Positions 43,659-55,406 are shown, counted from the first letter of the stretch. The stretch is DNA of 64,000 nucleotides from Thermoanaerobaculia bacterium (GCA_963816185.1 CAWFJJ010000024.1:224001-288000); one strand, 5' to 3'. Numbers and translations are program-made. Notes: a model not told the origin generated them from the letters alone.

Positions 43659-44251
43659 GCCGGAGCGGGTCCGTCGAGCGGACGACGAAGGAGACCTCCA
43701 TTTCGCTCGCCATGGCTCTCGACGGCACGGGGCGGGCGGACGTCCAGACGCCCGTGGGATTTCTCTCGCACATGCTCGAGACGATCGCGAAGCACGCGCG
43801 CGTCGACCTCACCGTGCGGGCCGCCGGGGACGTGCACATCGACGCGCATCACACCGTCGAGGACGTCGGTCTCGCGTTCGGCGAGGCGCTGGATCAGGCC
43901 CTCGGATCGCGGGCTGGGATCGAACGGTTCGGCACGAGTCTCGTCCCTCTCGACGAAGCGCTCGCGCGTTCCGTCGTGGACCTTTCGGGCCGGCCTTACA
44001 TCGTCTTCGAGTCGCCTGTCGACAAGGAGCTGCTCCTCGTCACGAAGGACTTTCCGTTCGCCCTCGTCGAGGAGTTCTGGAAGTCCGCGGCGTTTCGCGG
44101 CAAGTTCAACCTCCACGTGGACGTCGTCCGGGCGAAGAACGGCCACCACGCGGCCGAGGCGGTCTTCAAGTCGGCGGCGCGCGCGCTGCGCCAGGCCATG
44201 GCGGTCACGGGGACGGAAATCCCCTCGACGAAGGGAACGCTGACGGCATGA
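43655..44251 (+). CDS. hisB: Imidazoleglycerol-phosphate dehydratase
   Basis: RTTKET, DAHHTVED, PLDEAL, NGHHAAEAVFK, PSTKG. Confidence 0.96.
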   Translation: MSRSGSVERTTKETSISLAMALDGTGRADVQTPVGFLSHMLETIAKHARVDLTVRAAGDVHIDAHHTVEDVGLAFGEALDQALGSRAGIERFGTSLVPLDEALARSVVDLSGRPYIVFESPVDKELLLVTKDFPFALVEEFWKSAAFRGKFNLHVDVVRAKNGHHAAEAVFKSAARALRQAMAVTGTEIPSTKGTLTA

Positions 44252-44877
44252 GCACCCCGCCCCGCGCGCCCGTCACGCTCGTCGACTACGGGGTCGGCAA
44301 CACGACCTCGGTGATCCGGGCATTCCGGCGCCTCGGCGCCGAGGTGGAATTCACGGCCGACCTCGACCGCGTGGCGTCCGCCCGGCGGCTGGTTCTCCCC
44401 GGAGTCGCCGCCTTTCAACCGGCCATGAGCCGCCTCCTCGAGACGGGCCTCGAGGCCGGCGTGCGCGCCGCGGTCAAGCGCGGAGGGCGCCTTCTCGGTC
44501 TGTGCCTCGGCTTCCAGCTCCTCTTCGAGGAAAGCGAGGAGCATGGCGTGCACAAGGGCCTGGGACTCGTGCCGGGCCGCGTGTGCCCGTTTCCCGCCCG
44601 CGTGCGCACACCCCACGTGGGATGGAATCAGCTCCTGACGCGCCGCCCGGACGGATTCGTCCAGGGGCTGCCGGACGAGAGCTGGGTCTACTTCGTCCAT
44701 TCCTTCAGGCCGGAAGGCGTCGACGCCGCGGACATCGCGGCCGCCTGCGACCACGGTGGGGAGTTCGCGGCCATCGTTCAGCGCGGGAACGTCTGGGGGT
44801 GCCAGTTCCATCCGGAGAAGTCGTCGGAGAACGGCCGCCTTCTCCTGACGAATTTTCTGAAGGAGGACGCGGCGTGA
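44248..44877 (+). CDS. hisH: Imidazole glycerol phosphate synthase, glutaminase subunit
   Basis: DYGVGN, LPGV, GLCLGFQ, PHVGWN, YFVHS, QFHPEKS. Confidence 0.96.
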   Translation: MSTPPRAPVTLVDYGVGNTTSVIRAFRRLGAEVEFTADLDRVASARRLVLPGVAAFQPAMSRLLETGLEAGVRAAVKRGGRLLGLCLGFQLLFEESEEHGVHKGLGLVPGRVCPFPARVRTPHVGWNQLLTRRPDGFVQGLPDESWVYFVHSFRPEGVDAADIAAACDHGGEFAAIVQRGNVWGCQFHPEKSSENGRLLLTNFLKEDAA

Positions 44878-45665
44878 GCGGCGAACGCCTGGCCCTGTGG
44901 CCCGCGATCGACCTCATGGGCGGGCACGTCGTGCGGCTGCTGAAGGGCAAACGCGAGGACGTGACGTTCTACGACGAGCCTCCCGCTCGGGCCGCGAGGA
45001 GGTTCGCCGACGAGGGCGCCGACGGCGTCCACGTCGTGGACCTCGATGCGGCGTTCGGGACCGGCAGCAACAAGAAAGAGATCGAAGAGATTCTCTCTGT
45101 TTCGGAGGCTGCGGGAGTCGCGGTGCAGGTCGGGGGAGGGATGCGCACACCCGCCGCTGTCGAGGATTTCTTAGAAAGGGTGAGTGGGGCCCGCGTAGTC
45201 GTAGGCAGCTTGCCGTTCCTCGACCGTCCCGCCTTCACGCACCTTCTAAGAAAATCTTCCTCTTCGTCTTCCTCTTCGACTTTATCTTGCCGCATCGTCG
45301 TCGCGCTCGACTGCAAGGACGGCCGGCCGACGGTGCGCGGGTGGACCGAGGACTCCGGGATGGGAGACGCCGTTTCCGTGGCCCGGTCGCTCGCGGACAT
45401 CGGCGTGTCCGCCCTTCTCGTGACGGACATCGCCCGCGACGGGGCGATGACGGGTCCCAATGTCGAGCTTCTGGCCGACGTGCGTGCCGTGTTTCCGGGC
45501 GAGATCCTCGCGTCGGGCGGCATGCGAGGCGAAGAGGACCTCGCTCCTGTCGGAGGCGCGCTCGCGGGCGGTGCCCGCGGTGCCATCTTCGGCCGATCTC
45601 TTCACGCCGGCGTCACGACCGTACCCCGGCTCCGGGCGGCGCGCGACCTCGGGAGGCCGTCATGA
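44874..45665 (+). CDS. hisA: ProFAR isomerase
   Basis: [43 protein letters not shown]. Confidence 0.94.
   Translation: MSGERLALWPAIDLMGGHVVRLLKGKREDVTFYDEPPARAARRFADEGADGVHVVDLDAAFGTGSNKKEIEEILSVSEAAGVAVQVGGGMRTPAAVEDFLERVSGARVVVGSLPFLDRPAFTHLLRKSSSSSSSSTLSCRIVVALDCKDGRPTVRGWTEDSGMGDAVSVARSLADIGVSALLVTDIARDGAMTGPNVELLADVRAVFPGEILASGGMRGEEDLAPVGGALAGGARGAIFGRSLHAGVTTVPRLRAARDLGRPS
45162..45265. repeat. Inverted pair of the TTC-N3-GAA motif in hisA
   Basis: GAGGATTTCTTAGAAAGGGTGAG (core 45168) and CACCTTCTAAGAAAATCTTCCTC (core 45244). Confidence 0.82.
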
Positions 45666-47095
45666 CGGTCGCGGTGCGTGTGATCCCCTGCCTCGACGTG
45701 GCGGGCGGCCGCGTCGTCAAGGGCGTCTCTTTCGAAAGCCTCCGCGACGCGGGCGATCCGGTCGAGGCCGCCGTGCGGTACGAGGCCGAAGGCGCCGACG
45801 AGCTGGCGTTCCTCGACATCGCGGCCGCGCACGAGAAGCGCGGGACGCTCGTGGACCTCGTGGCACACGTGGCCGAAGTGCTTTCGATTCCGTTCACGGT
45901 CGGAGGAGGCGTGCGGTCGGTGGAGGACGCGGACGCGCTCCTCCGCGCGGGAGCCGACCGCGTGACCGTGAACACCGCCGCGGTCGAGGACCCTTCCTTG
46001 ATCACGAGGCTGGCCGAACAGTTCGGGGCGCAATGCGTCGTCGTCGCGATCGATGGCAAGCGCATCCGCGACGCGAGCGTCCCCGCCGTGATGCGCGTGA
46101 TGACGCACGGCGGACGCAATCCGACCGACCGGACGGTGACCGGGTGGGCCGCCGCGGCCGCTGCGGCGGGCGCGGGCGAGATCCTCCTGACGTCCGTCGA
46201 CGCCGACGGCACGCAGGCCGGCTTTGATCTCGAGATGCTTCGCGCCGTGCGGGCCGCCGTGGACGTTCCGATCGTGGCCTCGGGCGGCGCGGGCCACCTC
46301 GAGGATTTCGCGAAGGCCGTCGTGATCGGCGGCGCTGACGCCGTGCTCGCGGCCTCCGTCTTCCACGACCGCATCTACACGATCGGCGCGGTCAAGGCGG
46401 CGATGCGGCGGGCCGGACTCGCGGTTCGCCCCGCGCCCGCGCGCGTGCGCACGCTTCTGCCTCGCTTCGATGCGGCCGGCCTGGTCCCTGTGATCATGCG
46501 CGACGTGGTGACGGGTAACGTCCTCACCCTCGCCTGGGCGAATGCGGAGGCGCTTGCGAAGACGCGCGAGACCGGCCTCGCGCACTTCTACAGCCGCTCG
46601 CGGAAGGAGCTCTGGAAGAAGGGCGAGACGTCCGGAAACGTCCAGCATGTCGTCGGGATCTCCCTCGATTGTGACGACGACGCCGTCCTGTACGACGTGC
46701 GCCCGTCGGGTCCGGCCTGTCACACCGGCGCGGACTCGTGCTTCTCGCGCGTCGAGACGCTTGGAACGCCCGGCTCCGAGGTCGTGCCCGCGGACGAGCT
46801 CGACCTCACGGCTCTCTTCGCGATCGTCAAGGCACGGAAGGAGTCACCGGTTCCCGGGTCGTACACGAACGAGCTCCTCGAGGGCGGCGTCCCGCGCATC
46901 GCCCAGAAGGTGGGCGAGGAAGCCGTCGAGACGGCCATTGCGTCGGTCACCGGCGACGCGGGTGCGCTCGCCGGCGAAGCCGCGGACCTTCTCTACCATC
47001 TCGCAGTCCTGCTGACGGCTCGCGGTGTCGGGCCGGGCGACGTCGCCGCCAAGCTCGCCGAGCGCCGCGGCGCGCCGCGACGAGAGAAGCCGTGA
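45662..47095 (+). CDS. hisF: Fused HisF cyclase and HisIE (PR-AMP cyclohydrolase / PR-ATP pyrophosphatase)
   Basis: [29 protein letters not shown]; then FYSRSR.ELW.KGETSGN, DCDDD, ACHTG..SCF; [20 protein letters not shown], all in one frame. Confidence 0.92.
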   Translation: MTVAVRVIPCLDVAGGRVVKGVSFESLRDAGDPVEAAVRYEAEGADELAFLDIAAAHEKRGTLVDLVAHVAEVLSIPFTVGGGVRSVEDADALLRAGADRVTVNTAAVEDPSLITRLAEQFGAQCVVVAIDGKRIRDASVPAVMRVMTHGGRNPTDRTVTGWAAAAAAAGAGEILLTSVDADGTQAGFDLEMLRAVRAAVDVPIVASGGAGHLEDFAKAVVIGGADAVLAASVFHDRIYTIGAVKAAMRRAGLAVRPAPARVRTLLPRFDAAGLVPVIMRDVVTGNVLTLAWANAEALAKTRETGLAHFYSRSRKELWKKGETSGNVQHVVGISLDCDDDAVLYDVRPSGPACHTGADSCFSRVETLGTPGSEVVPADELDLTALFAIVKARKESPVPGSYTNELLEGGVPRIAQKVGEEAVETAIASVTGDAGALAGEAADLLYHLAVLLTARGVGPGDVAAKLAERRGAPRREKP

Positions 47096-48474
47096 AAGCG
47101 CCCGATCGCCTCGTCGTCGTCGAGCAGCCGGCCGATCTCACGACTCCGGTGGCGCTGATGCGGGGCCTTCTCGCGGCGGGCGGGCCTGCCTTCCTCCTCG
47201 AATCGGTGGAGGGCGGGGATCGCGTGGCGCGGTGGTCGTTTCTCGGCGCGTCGCCGTCGGGCGAGATCTCCGGCCGGGAGACGGACCCATTTGACGCCCT
47301 CCGGGCGCTCCCTCGCGACGACGCGGTGCCGGACGGCGACGACCTGCCGCCCTTCACGGGCGGGGCCGTCGGCTATGTGGGCTACGACGCCGTGCGGCGA
47401 CTCGAGCGGCTGCCCGACTCGAACCCCGATCCGATCGGACTGCCGGACGCCTGGTTCGGGATCTTCGACGCGGTCATCGCCTTCGATCACGCGCGGCATC
47501 GGCTCCTCTTCGTGACGCACGCGGGAGAGGGGACCGAAGAGGAGAGAAGAGCCTTCGAAAGGCTGCGGGAGCTCGAAGCGCGTGCCAAGGCCGCGCCCGC
47601 ATCGGCTGCTTCGGCGTCGCCCGCCTGTCCCTCTTTCGAAGAATCTCTTCCTCTTCCGTCCTTCCTGTCCGCGGTCGAGCGCGCGAAAGAGCACATACGC
47701 GCGGGCGACGTCTTCCAGGTCGTCCTGTCGCGGCGGTGGTCCGCGCCGTTCTCGGGCGATCCCTTCGCCGTGTATCGCGCCCTGCGCTCGCTCAGCCCGT
47801 CGCCGTACCAGTACTACCTGCGGACGCCTCACGGCGCGATTTTCGGTGCGTCACCCGAGCGCCTCGTCCACGTCGCCGCGGGCCACGAAGAGGCGACTGC
47901 CGAGACGATCCCGCTCGCCGGGACGCGACCGCGGGGCGCGACGCGCGAGGAAGACCTCGCCTTCGAGAGGGAGCTGCTCGCCGACCCGAAGGAGCGCGCC
48001 GAGCACGTCATGCTCGTGGACCTCGGGAGGAACGACCTCGGCCGGGTCGCGAAACCGGGCAGCGTCCGCGTGAAGGATTTCTTCCATGTCGAGCGCTATT
48101 CGCACGTCATGCACATCGCCTCGCGCGTGACGGGAGCCCTCGCGCCCGGCAAGGACGCCGTCGACGCGCTCGTGGCGACGTTTCCCGCGGGCACGCTGAC
48201 CGGGGCGCCGAAAATACGCGCGATGGAGATCATCGAGGATCTCGAGCCCGTGAGACGAGGCGCATACGGCGGCGCCGTAGGCTACCTCGATTTCGCCGGC
48301 AACCTCGACGTCGCAATTGCGATCCGCACGGCCATCGTAGCAAACGGCACGTTGCACGTGCAGGCCGGAGCTGGCATCGTGGCGGATTCGGATCCCGAGT
48401 CCGAGGCCACCGAGTGCGAGAACAAGGCGCGTGCCCTCATGCGCGCCGTGGAGAGAGCGGGGACGTACCGATGA
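47092..48474 (+). CDS. trpE: Anthranilate synthase component I
   Basis: [61 protein letters not shown]. Confidence 0.94.
   Translation: MKAPDRLVVVEQPADLTTPVALMRGLLAAGGPAFLLESVEGGDRVARWSFLGASPSGEISGRETDPFDALRALPRDDAVPDGDDLPPFTGGAVGYVGYDAVRRLERLPDSNPDPIGLPDAWFGIFDAVIAFDHARHRLLFVTHAGEGTEEERRAFERLRELEARAKAAPASAASASPACPSFEESLPLPSFLSAVERAKEHIRAGDVFQVVLSRRWSAPFSGDPFAVYRALRSLSPSPYQYYLRTPHGAIFGASPERLVHVAAGHEEATAETIPLAGTRPRGATREEDLAFERELLADPKERAEHVMLVDLGRNDLGRVAKPGSVRVKDFFHVERYSHVMHIASRVTGALAPGKDAVDALVATFPAGTLTGAPKIRAMEIIEDLEPVRRGAYGGAVGYLDFAGNLDVAIAIRTAIVANGTLHVQAGAGIVADSDPESEATECENKARALMRAVERAGTYR
47545..47650. repeat. Degenerate inverted pair of the motif in trpE
   Basis: GAGCCTTCGAAAGG (core 47551) and CCCTCTTTCGAAGAATCTCTTC (core 47635). 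Confidence 0.55.
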
Positions 48475-49040
48475 TCCTCGTGATCGACAACTACGACTCG
48501 TTCACGTACAACCTCGTCCAGATCCTCTCGACGCTCGACGAGGACGTGCGCGTCGTCCGAAACGACGCACTTTCCGTGGACGAGGTTCTCGCCGCGAAGC
48601 CCGACCGGCTCGTCGTATCCCCCGGTCCAGGCCGGCCGGAGGACGCGGGGATCTCGTGCGAGCTGTTCCGCCGGAACGAAACGATCCCGCTGCTGGGCGT
48701 CTGCCTCGGTCATCAGGCTCTCGGCGCCGTCTTCGGCGGAACGATCTCCCGGGCGCCCGTGCTGATGCACGGCAAGACCTCGGAGATCGCGCACGACGGG
48801 AAAGGACTCTTCGAGGGTCTCGAGAACCCGTTCACGGCAACGCGCTACCACTCGCTCGTGGTCGAGAAGGATTCGGTTCCGGCCGCGCTGCGCATCACGG
48901 CGACCAGCCCCGACGGGCTCGTGATGGGCCTCGCGCACCGGACACGGCCTCTCGTGGGCGTTCAGTTCCACCCCGAGTCGATCTTGACGTTGCAGGGGGA
49001 GCGCCTCTTGAAGAATTTCGTCGCCGGGCGGCTCGCGTGA
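48471..49040 (+). CDS. trpG: Anthranilate synthase component II
   Basis: IDNYDSFTYN, SPGPG.P, GVCLGHQ, RYHSL, QFHPES. Confidence 0.95.
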   Translation: MILVIDNYDSFTYNLVQILSTLDEDVRVVRNDALSVDEVLAAKPDRLVVSPGPGRPEDAGISCELFRRNETIPLLGVCLGHQALGAVFGGTISRAPVLMHGKTSEIAHDGKGLFEGLENPFTATRYHSLVVEKDSVPAALRITATSPDGLVMGLAHRTRPLVGVQFHPESILTLQGERLLKNFVAGRLA

Positions 49041-50071
49041 CGACGGCGGCGCACCGCGCGCTGCGCGCCGTGGCGCGCGGGGGACGCCTGACGCGAGAGG
49101 ACGCGCGTGGCGCGGTATCGGCCCTCCTCGATGAGAACGTTCCGGCTGCGATCGCGGGGGGGCTTCTTTCGGCGCTGGCTGCCATGGGCGAGACGGTCGA
49201 GGCCGTGGCCGGCGCCGTGGATGCTCTCCGGGCGCGCGCGACGCGGCCTCCGGTCGACCCCGCGCTCGCCGCCCGCGCGATCGACGTGTGCGGGACCGGA
49301 GGCGACGGGCTCGGCACGTTCAACGTCTCGACCGCGGCCGCTTTCGTCGCGGCGGGCGCGGGCGCGCCGGTCGCGAAGCACGGGAACCGCGCGGTTTCGT
49401 CCGCGTGCGGTTCGGCGGACGTACTTGCGGCGCTCGGGGTCGACATCGAGATGTCTCCCGCGCTTGCCGCCGAGGCGCTCGCCCGCGCGAACGTCACGTT
49501 CTTCTTCGCGCCGCTCTATCACCCGGTCATGAAGAAGGTCGGCCCGCTCCGGCGCGAGCTCGGCCTGCGCACGGTCTTCAATCTCGCCGGGCCGCTCTCG
49601 AATCCAGCCGGCGTCACCCGGCAGATCGTCGGCGTCGATCACCCCGAGCGCGTCCCCGTGATCGCGGGCGCCCTCGCGGCACTCGGTGCCGAGCACGCCC
49701 TCGTGTTTTCGCACGAGACGGGGGGTGACGAGATCCTGCCGTTCGGGCGAACGTTCGCCGCGGAGGTGCGCCACGGGGAGGTCGAGCTCCTCCAGCTCGG
49801 CGCCGTCGACTTCGGCTTCGCCGAAGGGAGATCCGATGCGCTCCGGGGCGGAGATGCCGAGACGAACGCCGAGATCCTGCGCGCCCTTTTCGGAGGATTC
49901 CGGCGCGACGCACGGAGCGTGATTCTCATGAACGCCTCCGCCGCGCTCGTCGTCGCGGGCATCGCGGCTGACTTTCGCGAGGGCGTGGCCCGCGCCGAGG
50001 CTGCGCTCGACGAGGGAAAGGCGGCGGCGGCCCTCGAGGCGCTCGTCCGGATCTCACGGGGAGACCGATGA
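49037..50071 (+). CDS. trpD: Anthranilate phosphoribosyltransferase
   Basis: DVCGTGGDG..TFNVST, KHGNR.VSS.CGSAD, RTVFNL.GPL.NP. Confidence 0.96.
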   Translation: MTTAAHRALRAVARGGRLTREDARGAVSALLDENVPAAIAGGLLSALAAMGETVEAVAGAVDALRARATRPPVDPALAARAIDVCGTGGDGLGTFNVSTAAAFVAAGAGAPVAKHGNRAVSSACGSADVLAALGVDIEMSPALAAEALARANVTFFFAPLYHPVMKKVGPLRRELGLRTVFNLAGPLSNPAGVTRQIVGVDHPERVPVIAGALAALGAEHALVFSHETGGDEILPFGRTFAAEVRHGEVELLQLGAVDFGFAEGRSDALRGGDAETNAEILRALFGGFRRDARSVILMNASAALVVAGIAADFREGVARAEAALDEGKAAAALEALVRISRGDR

Positions 50072-50330
50072 GGATTTCTTCGAAAGGGAAAAGGGAACGA
50101 GAGAGAAGATTGAAGATTTCTTAGAAGGGGTAAGAGGGGATGGGCGGTTCGGTTCTGGGCGAGATTCTCGCGGCAAGGAGGCGCCGTATCGCGGCGGGGG
50201 AGTTCACGGCGCACACGGCCGCCGCCGCGCGCGCTGCCGCGGGATTTTCGCCAGCGCCCGACGCGATGCCCGACGGAGCGCGCTTCACCGCCGCTCTTTC
50301 TTCTTCCTCTTCTAAGCGAAATCTTCCTCT
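50070..50330. repeat. Motif copies in the trpD-trpC spacer and trpC 5' end (two left arms, one right arm)
   Basis: GAGGATTTCTTCGAAAGGG (core 50076), GAAGATTTCTTAGAAGGGGTAAGAGGG (50118), CTCTTCTAAGCGAAATCTTC (50310). Confidence 0.78.
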
Positions 50331-51732
50331 TTCTCTTTCTTTCTTTCTTGCGGAAATCAAGCACCGCTCGCCGAGCGCGGGTCTGATCCTGCCCGACGTC
50401 CCGGCGCGCATCGAGGAGGTGGCGCGCGCTTATCGGCGCGGCGGGGCCTCGGCTCTGTCCGTCGTCATCGAGCAGGACTACTTCGGGGGCGATCCGTCCT
50501 GGCTGCCGCGCGCCAGGGCGGCGTCGGGGCTCCCGGTCCTGATGAAGGACTTCGTGGTGGACGAGACCCAGCTCGATTTCGCCGCCGCTCTGGGCGCCGA
50601 CGCCGTGCTCCTGATCGCCGCGGCTCTCGACGGCGCGGCCCTCGCGCGGCTCTACGCGGCGGCCCTCGAACGCGGTCTCGCGGCTCTCGTGGAGGCGCAC
50701 GACGAGGCCGAGGTTGAACGGGCGCTCGACGCGGGCGCGGAGATGATCGGCGTGAACTCACGCGACCTGAGAACGTTCGAGGTCGACCTGCCGGGCATGG
50801 CGCGCCTCGGCGCGCTCCTGCCGGCGTCCGTAGTGCGCGTGGCCGAAAGCGGCATCAAATCGCGGGGCGACGTCGAGGCGCTCGCCGCCGCCGGCTACGG
50901 CGCCTTCCTGGTGGGAGAGGCGCTTCTCAAGGCGCCCGACCCCGCAGCGATGCTGCGAGGGCTCCGCGGCGAGAACCCCACGGAGGTCAAGATCTGCGGG
51001 ATCACGCGGGAGGAGGACGTCGACATCTGCCTGGAACTGGGCGTCGACTGGATCGGCCTCGTCTTCGCGCCGAGGTCTCCTCGCTGCCTGACGCCGGAAG
51101 AGGGGAGACTTCTACGAATGAAAGCGAAAGGCGAAGGGCACCGGGGATTTCTTCGAATGAAGGACGAACGGAACGGAGCCGGGGTCCGCAAACACGGCGC
51201 AGCGGCGGCGGGAGGCGTCGGCGCCGGCGCGGTGAAGGGTGTCGTCGCGGTGTTCGACGGGAACAACGAGGAGGAGATTCGACGAGTGATCGAACTCGTG
51301 CGCCCCGACGTCGTTCAAATGCCCCTCTCGCCTCGTTCACTTTCCCAGGAGTCCTTTTCTTCGGCCCCCTCCTTTCTTCCCCCTTCTAAGAAATCCTTCT
51401 CTTCGGACATCACGGTGTGGAACACGATCCGCGTCGGCCGCGACGACCTCTCCTCCGCGAGGGAAGCCGAAGGCGACGCGCTCCACTTCGATACGTCCGT
51501 CGCAGGAGCGAGCGGCGGCACCGGCAGAGTCTTCAACTGGAGCCTGCTGGAAGGAATCGATCGCTCCCGCCCCGTGGTGCTCGCGGGCGGGCTGAAGCCC
51601 GAGAACGTCGCGGAAGCAGTGAGAAGGGTGAGGCCCGACGTCGTAGACGTGGCCTCGGGAGTGGAGAAGGCGCCGGGAATCAAGGACCCGGCGAAAATCG
51701 CCGCGTTCGTGAGGGAGGTGCGACGTGCCTGA
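50140..51732 (+). CDS. trpC: Fused indole-3-glycerol phosphate synthase / phosphoribosylanthranilate isomerase (TrpCF)
   Basis: [37 protein letters not shown]; then [33 protein letters not shown]. Confidence 0.93.
   Translation: MGGSVLGEILAARRRRIAAGEFTAHTAAAARAAAGFSPAPDAMPDGARFTAALSSSSSKRNLPLSLSFFLAEIKHRSPSAGLILPDVPARIEEVARAYRRGGASALSVVIEQDYFGGDPSWLPRARAASGLPVLMKDFVVDETQLDFAAALGADAVLLIAAALDGAALARLYAAALERGLAALVEAHDEAEVERALDAGAEMIGVNSRDLRTFEVDLPGMARLGALLPASVVRVAESGIKSRGDVEALAAAGYGAFLVGEALLKAPDPAAMLRGLRGENPTEVKICGITREEDVDICLELGVDWIGLVFAPRSPRCLTPEEGRLLRMKAKGEGHRGFLRMKDERNGAGVRKHGAAAAGGVGAGAVKGVVAVFDGNNEEEIRRVIELVRPDVVQMPLSPRSLSQESFSSAPSFLPPSKKSFSSDITVWNTIRVGRDDLSSAREAEGDALHFDTSVAGASGGTGRVFNWSLLEGIDRSRPVVLAGGLKPENVAEAVRRVRPDVVDVASGVEKAPGIKDPAKIAAFVREVRRA
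51105..51400. repeat. Motif copies within insertions in the TrpF domain
   Basis: GACTTCTACGAATGAA (core 51110), GGATTTCTTCGAATGAAGG (51149), TTCCCCCTTCTAAGAAATCCTTC (51384). Confidence 0.75.
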
Positions 51733-52945
51733 GGCAACTGGAGCCGATTTCCGTCCGCCCGAGGCCGACGCGCAGGGCCGCTTCGGCGCGTTCGGCGGGC
51801 GGTTCGTGCCGGAGACGCTCATGGCGCCGCTCGAGGAGCTCTCCCGCGCGTACAGGGACGCCCGGCGCGATCCCGCGTTCCGGCGCGAGCTGGACGGCCT
51901 CCTGAGGACGTATGCCGGCCGGCCGACGCCCCTCACGTATGCGAAACGGCTCTCGGAGGACCTCGGCGGCGCGCGCATCTTCCTCAAACGCGAGGATCTC
52001 CTCCACACGGGCGCTCACAAGATCAACAACGCCCTCGGCCAGGCCCTCCTCACGGTCCGGATGGGGAAGTCGCGGGTCATCGCGGAAACCGGCGCCGGCC
52101 AGCACGGCGTCGCGACGGCGACCGCGTGCGCGCTCCTCGGGCTCTCGTGCGTCGTTTACATGGGGGCGGTCGACGTCGAGCGCCAGGCCCTGAACGTGTA
52201 CCGGATGAAGCTCCTCGGCGCGACGGTCGTGCCCGTCATGGGCGGCACGCGGACGCTGAAGGACGCGATCAACGAGGCCATGCGCGACTGGGTCGCCTCG
52301 ACGGCGTCGACGCACTACATTCTCGGATCGGTCCTCGGGCCGCATCCGTTTCCGACGATGGTCCGCGACTTTCACGCGGTCATCGGGCGCGAGGCCCTCG
52401 CCCAGAGCCGCAAGGCACTCGGAAAGCTGCCGGACGTCCTCGTCGCGTGCGTGGGCGGCGGCTCGAACGCGATCGGCCTCTTCCGGGAATTCCTTACGTT
52501 TCGCGAGGTCGAGATGGTGGGGGTCGAAGCCGGAGGCCGGAGCCTTGCGCCCGGCGAGCACGCCACGCGCTTCGGCCCGGGCTCGATCGGCGTCCTCCAT
52601 GGCACGCGTACGCTCATCCTTCAAGACGCGGACGGGCAGGTTCTCCCCACGCATTCCGTTTCCGCCGGCCTCGACTATCCGGCCGTCGGACCCGAGCACG
52701 CGCGCCTCGCCGAGCTCGGGCGGACGCGGTACGTCTCCGTCGGTGACGAGGCCGCCCTCGCGGCCTTTCACCGGCTCGCCGAGACCGAAGGCATCATCCC
52801 GGCCCTCGAGACCGCGCATGCTGTCGCCTGGGCGATCGCGGAGGCTCCTCGCCGGCCGAAGAGTGCCGCTCTCCTCGTGAATCTCTCCGGCCGCGGTGAC
52901 AAGGACGTCGTCTCGGTGGCGCGGCGCGAGGGGGTGACGCTGTGA
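51725..52945 (+). CDS. trpB: Tryptophan synthase beta chain
   Basis: [50 protein letters not shown]. Confidence 0.98.
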   Translation: MPEATGADFRPPEADAQGRFGAFGGRFVPETLMAPLEELSRAYRDARRDPAFRRELDGLLRTYAGRPTPLTYAKRLSEDLGGARIFLKREDLLHTGAHKINNALGQALLTVRMGKSRVIAETGAGQHGVATATACALLGLSCVVYMGAVDVERQALNVYRMKLLGATVVPVMGGTRTLKDAINEAMRDWVASTASTHYILGSVLGPHPFPTMVRDFHAVIGREALAQSRKALGKLPDVLVACVGGGSNAIGLFREFLTFREVEMVGVEAGGRSLAPGEHATRFGPGSIGVLHGTRTLILQDADGQVLPTHSVSAGLDYPAVGPEHARLAELGRTRYVSVGDEAALAAFHRLAETEGIIPALETAHAVAWAIAEAPRRPKSAALLVNLSGRGDKDVVSVARREGVTL

Positions 52946-53751
52946 CTCGCATCGGGCGGGCCTTCGCGAAAGCGAAGGCGTCGGGGCGCGCGGCGCTCGT
53001 CATCTTCGTGGAGGCCGGTGATCCGAACCTCGCGACGACCCGGCGGCTCCTGCCAGCGCTCGCCGCGTCCGGGGCCGACGTGCTCGAGCTCGGAATTCCT
53101 TTCAGCGATCCTCTCGCCGACGGTCCCGTCATCCAGCGCGCGAGCGAGCGCGCTCTCGCGTCTGGGACGACTCTTCAGGCGGCCCTCGCCCTGCTCGCCG
53201 AGCTGCGCGCGGCGCGCTTCAGCGCGCCGGTCGTGGTCTTCAGCTACGCGAACCCGATCCTCGCGATGGGCGAGGCGGAGTTCGCCCACCGCGCGGCCGA
53301 GGCCGGCGCGGACGGCGTGCTCGTCACGGACCTCCCGCCGGAGGAAGGGCGAGGGTTCGCGTCGATCCTGAAGAGCGCGAAGCTCGATCCCGTCTACCTC
53401 GTCGCGCCCACGTCGCCCGACGAGCGCATCCGCCGGGCGGGTTCGCTGTCACGTGGATTCCTGTATGTCGTGTCGCGCGCGGGCATCACGGGGACCCGCA
53501 CGGAGCTTCCCGAAGGGCTCGCGGCGCTCGTCGGACGCGTTCGAAAGCACGCGCCGCGCCTTCCGGTCGCCGTCGGCTTCGGCCTCTCGACGCCCGGGCA
53601 GGTGCGGACGGTCGCGGCACTCGCGGATGGAGTCGTCGTGGGAAGCGCGATCGTGACCGCGATGGAGGAGGCGATCCAGGAGGGCCGGGATCCCGTCGAA
53701 GCGGGCGCCGGGCTCGTACGAGTTCTCTCGGCCGCGACGAAGAAAGGTTGA
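52942..53751 (+). CDS. trpA: Tryptophan synthase alpha chain
   Basis: [42 protein letters not shown]. Confidence 0.98.
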   Translation: MTRIGRAFAKAKASGRAALVIFVEAGDPNLATTRRLLPALAASGADVLELGIPFSDPLADGPVIQRASERALASGTTLQAALALLAELRAARFSAPVVVFSYANPILAMGEAEFAHRAAEAGADGVLVTDLPPEEGRGFASILKSAKLDPVYLVAPTSPDERIRRAGSLSRGFLYVVSRAGITGTRTELPEGLAALVGRVRKHAPRLPVAVGFGLSTPGQVRTVAALADGVVVGSAIVTAMEEAIQEGRDPVEAGAGLVRVLSAATKKG

Positions 53752-53752
53752 C

Positions 53753-54517
53753 GTGTCCGGGGGCGGAACGGACCTGCCCGCCCGGATCTCGAAGGCGGAC
53801 CGCTCGACGCTCGTGTCGCTCATCGCCGACAACCTCTCCCGTCTGACGGAGCGCGATGCGCTGCAGGCCCTCCGGCATCCGCACGCCTCGGAGGCGATGA
53901 TCGAGGAGATCGTCTCCTCGAAGACGCTCCTCGCGTTCCGAGGCGTCAGGCGCCTCGTCGCCGCTCATCCCCTGACGCCGCGGCACGCGGCGCTTCGATG
54001 CCTCGAGGATCTGCTTTGGCGCGATCTTCTCGACATCGGCCGCGAGCCGCGCACGCCGCCGCCCGTGCGCGTTGCGGCGAACCGGAAGCTCGAGGATGCG
54101 CTCCGGTTTCTCGCGGTGGGTGAGAGGGTGGCCGTGGCGCGGTTCGCGACTTCCGTGCTCTTTCCGGCGCTCCTCGACGATACGGACCAGCGCGTGCTCG
54201 AGGCGGTTCTCGCGAACTCGCGGCTCACGCCCGAGGATCTGCTCCGCTGGCTCGCGACCGGGCATCCCCGGCCCGAAGACCTGGCGTTCCTCGCGCGCGA
54301 CGCGCGTTGGACGAGCCGACCCTCTGTCCGGATCGCCCTTCTGACGCATCGCCTGACGCCCCGCGCCGCGTCGCTTTCGCTTCTGACGTCGGCATCGCGG
54401 GGGGAATGGAAGAGGCTCGCCGAGGATCCCTCGGCGGACGCGCTCCTGGCGGCCTGTGCTCGCGAGCTGCTCGAAAAAGGCCCGAATTCCGTTGACAGGG
54501 GCGGTAAGTCACCATAG
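53753..54517 (+). CDS. Hypothetical alpha-helical repeat protein
   Basis: Clean ORF with typical codon usage; LVAAHPLTPR and VRIALLTHRLTP helical repeat motifs. Confidence 0.7.
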   Translation: MSGGGTDLPARISKADRSTLVSLIADNLSRLTERDALQALRHPHASEAMIEEIVSSKTLLAFRGVRRLVAAHPLTPRHAALRCLEDLLWRDLLDIGREPRTPPPVRVAANRKLEDALRFLAVGERVAVARFATSVLFPALLDDTDQRVLEAVLANSRLTPEDLLRWLATGHPRPEDLAFLARDARWTSRPSVRIALLTHRLTPRAASLSLLTSASRGEWKRLAEDPSADALLAACARELLEKGPNSVDRGGKSP

Positions 54518-54520
54518 CCT
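54492..54520 (+). promoter_or_regulatory. Sigma70 promoter
   Basis: TTGACA (54492), 17-nt spacer, TAGCCT (54515), upstream of the RodZ-like gene. Confidence 0.65.
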
Positions 54521-54540
54521 AAAGCGTTACGGGGAACCGG

Positions 54541-55359
54541 GTGACTGCCGAGACGGCCCAGGAGTTCGGCGAAGAGCTTCGCCGGGAACGCGAATTACGC
54601 GACGTGAGCCGGGAACAGCTCGCGTCGGCGACAAAGGTCTCGATGCGGCACATCGCCGCGCTCGAAGCGGGCCGCTATGAGCAGCTTCCCGCCGGCGTTT
54701 TCTCGAAGGGCTTCGTCCGCGTGATCGCTCTGCATCTCGGCCTCGATGCGGAGCGCTCGGTCACGGCGTTCCGGCACGTTCACGCGAGCTGGGAGGCTGA
54801 ATGTGCGCGGCGTCAGCACCAGGCGACGACGAGCACGGCCGGACTTCGCCTCTCTCAGCCGCGTCGTTCGGTATCGTCCTCGACGACCTTGAGGGGCATC
54901 GCGATCGCGCTCGCGCTCGCGGTCGTGACCGGCGCCGCGGCCTTCCTGCGGTCCCGCGGAACCGATCGCCGGACGTCGGAGACGTCGACGGCCCCGGCGG
55001 CCCGCGCGGAGAGCGGTCCCGCGTCCCTCGCGCTTCCCCCCGCGGTCGCGGCCGCCACGGTGGCCCTGCCGGCCGGCGCCACGCTGCCGGGCGCCGTTTC
55101 TCCTGCGGCCGCCTCGAGAGGTCGGACGCTCACGCTCAGCTTCCGCGACGACTGCTGGGCCGAAGTTCTCGTCGACGGGAGGCTCGTCGTGCGCGGGCTC
55201 TTCCCAAAAGGGTCGCGGCGTGAGTTCTCGAATGGCGGGACGTTCACGCTCACGCTCGGAAACGCGGGGGCCGTCGACGTCGTCGTGGACGGGAGGCCCC
55301 TCGGCACGCTGGGCGCCGAGCACGAAATCGTGAAGAATTACGTGATCGACGCGACCTGA
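54541..55359 (+). CDS. RodZ-like protein (HTH, TM segment, DUF4115-like domain)
   Basis: FGEELRRERE..., ALEAG....LP.GVF.KGF; TM segment; CW.EV..DG...LGNAGAV...VDG. Confidence 0.85.
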   Translation: MTAETAQEFGEELRRERELRDVSREQLASATKVSMRHIAALEAGRYEQLPAGVFSKGFVRVIALHLGLDAERSVTAFRHVHASWEAECARRQHQATTSTAGLRLSQPRRSVSSSTTLRGIAIALALAVVTGAAAFLRSRGTDRRTSETSTAPAARAESGPASLALPPAVAAATVALPAGATLPGAVSPAAASRGRTLTLSFRDDCWAEVLVDGRLVVRGLFPKGSRREFSNGGTFTLTLGNAGAVDVVVDGRPLGTLGAEHEIVKNYVIDAT

Positions 55360-55406
55360 AGCTCTGAACCGGGAAAGTCCGCTGGCGCTCGGTTAAGCTC
55401 GGGCTC

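Noticed and set aside
50140-51732. TrpCF and AroDE fusions as novelties
   Set aside because: Both architectures are well known in other bacteria, so they are noted only as context.
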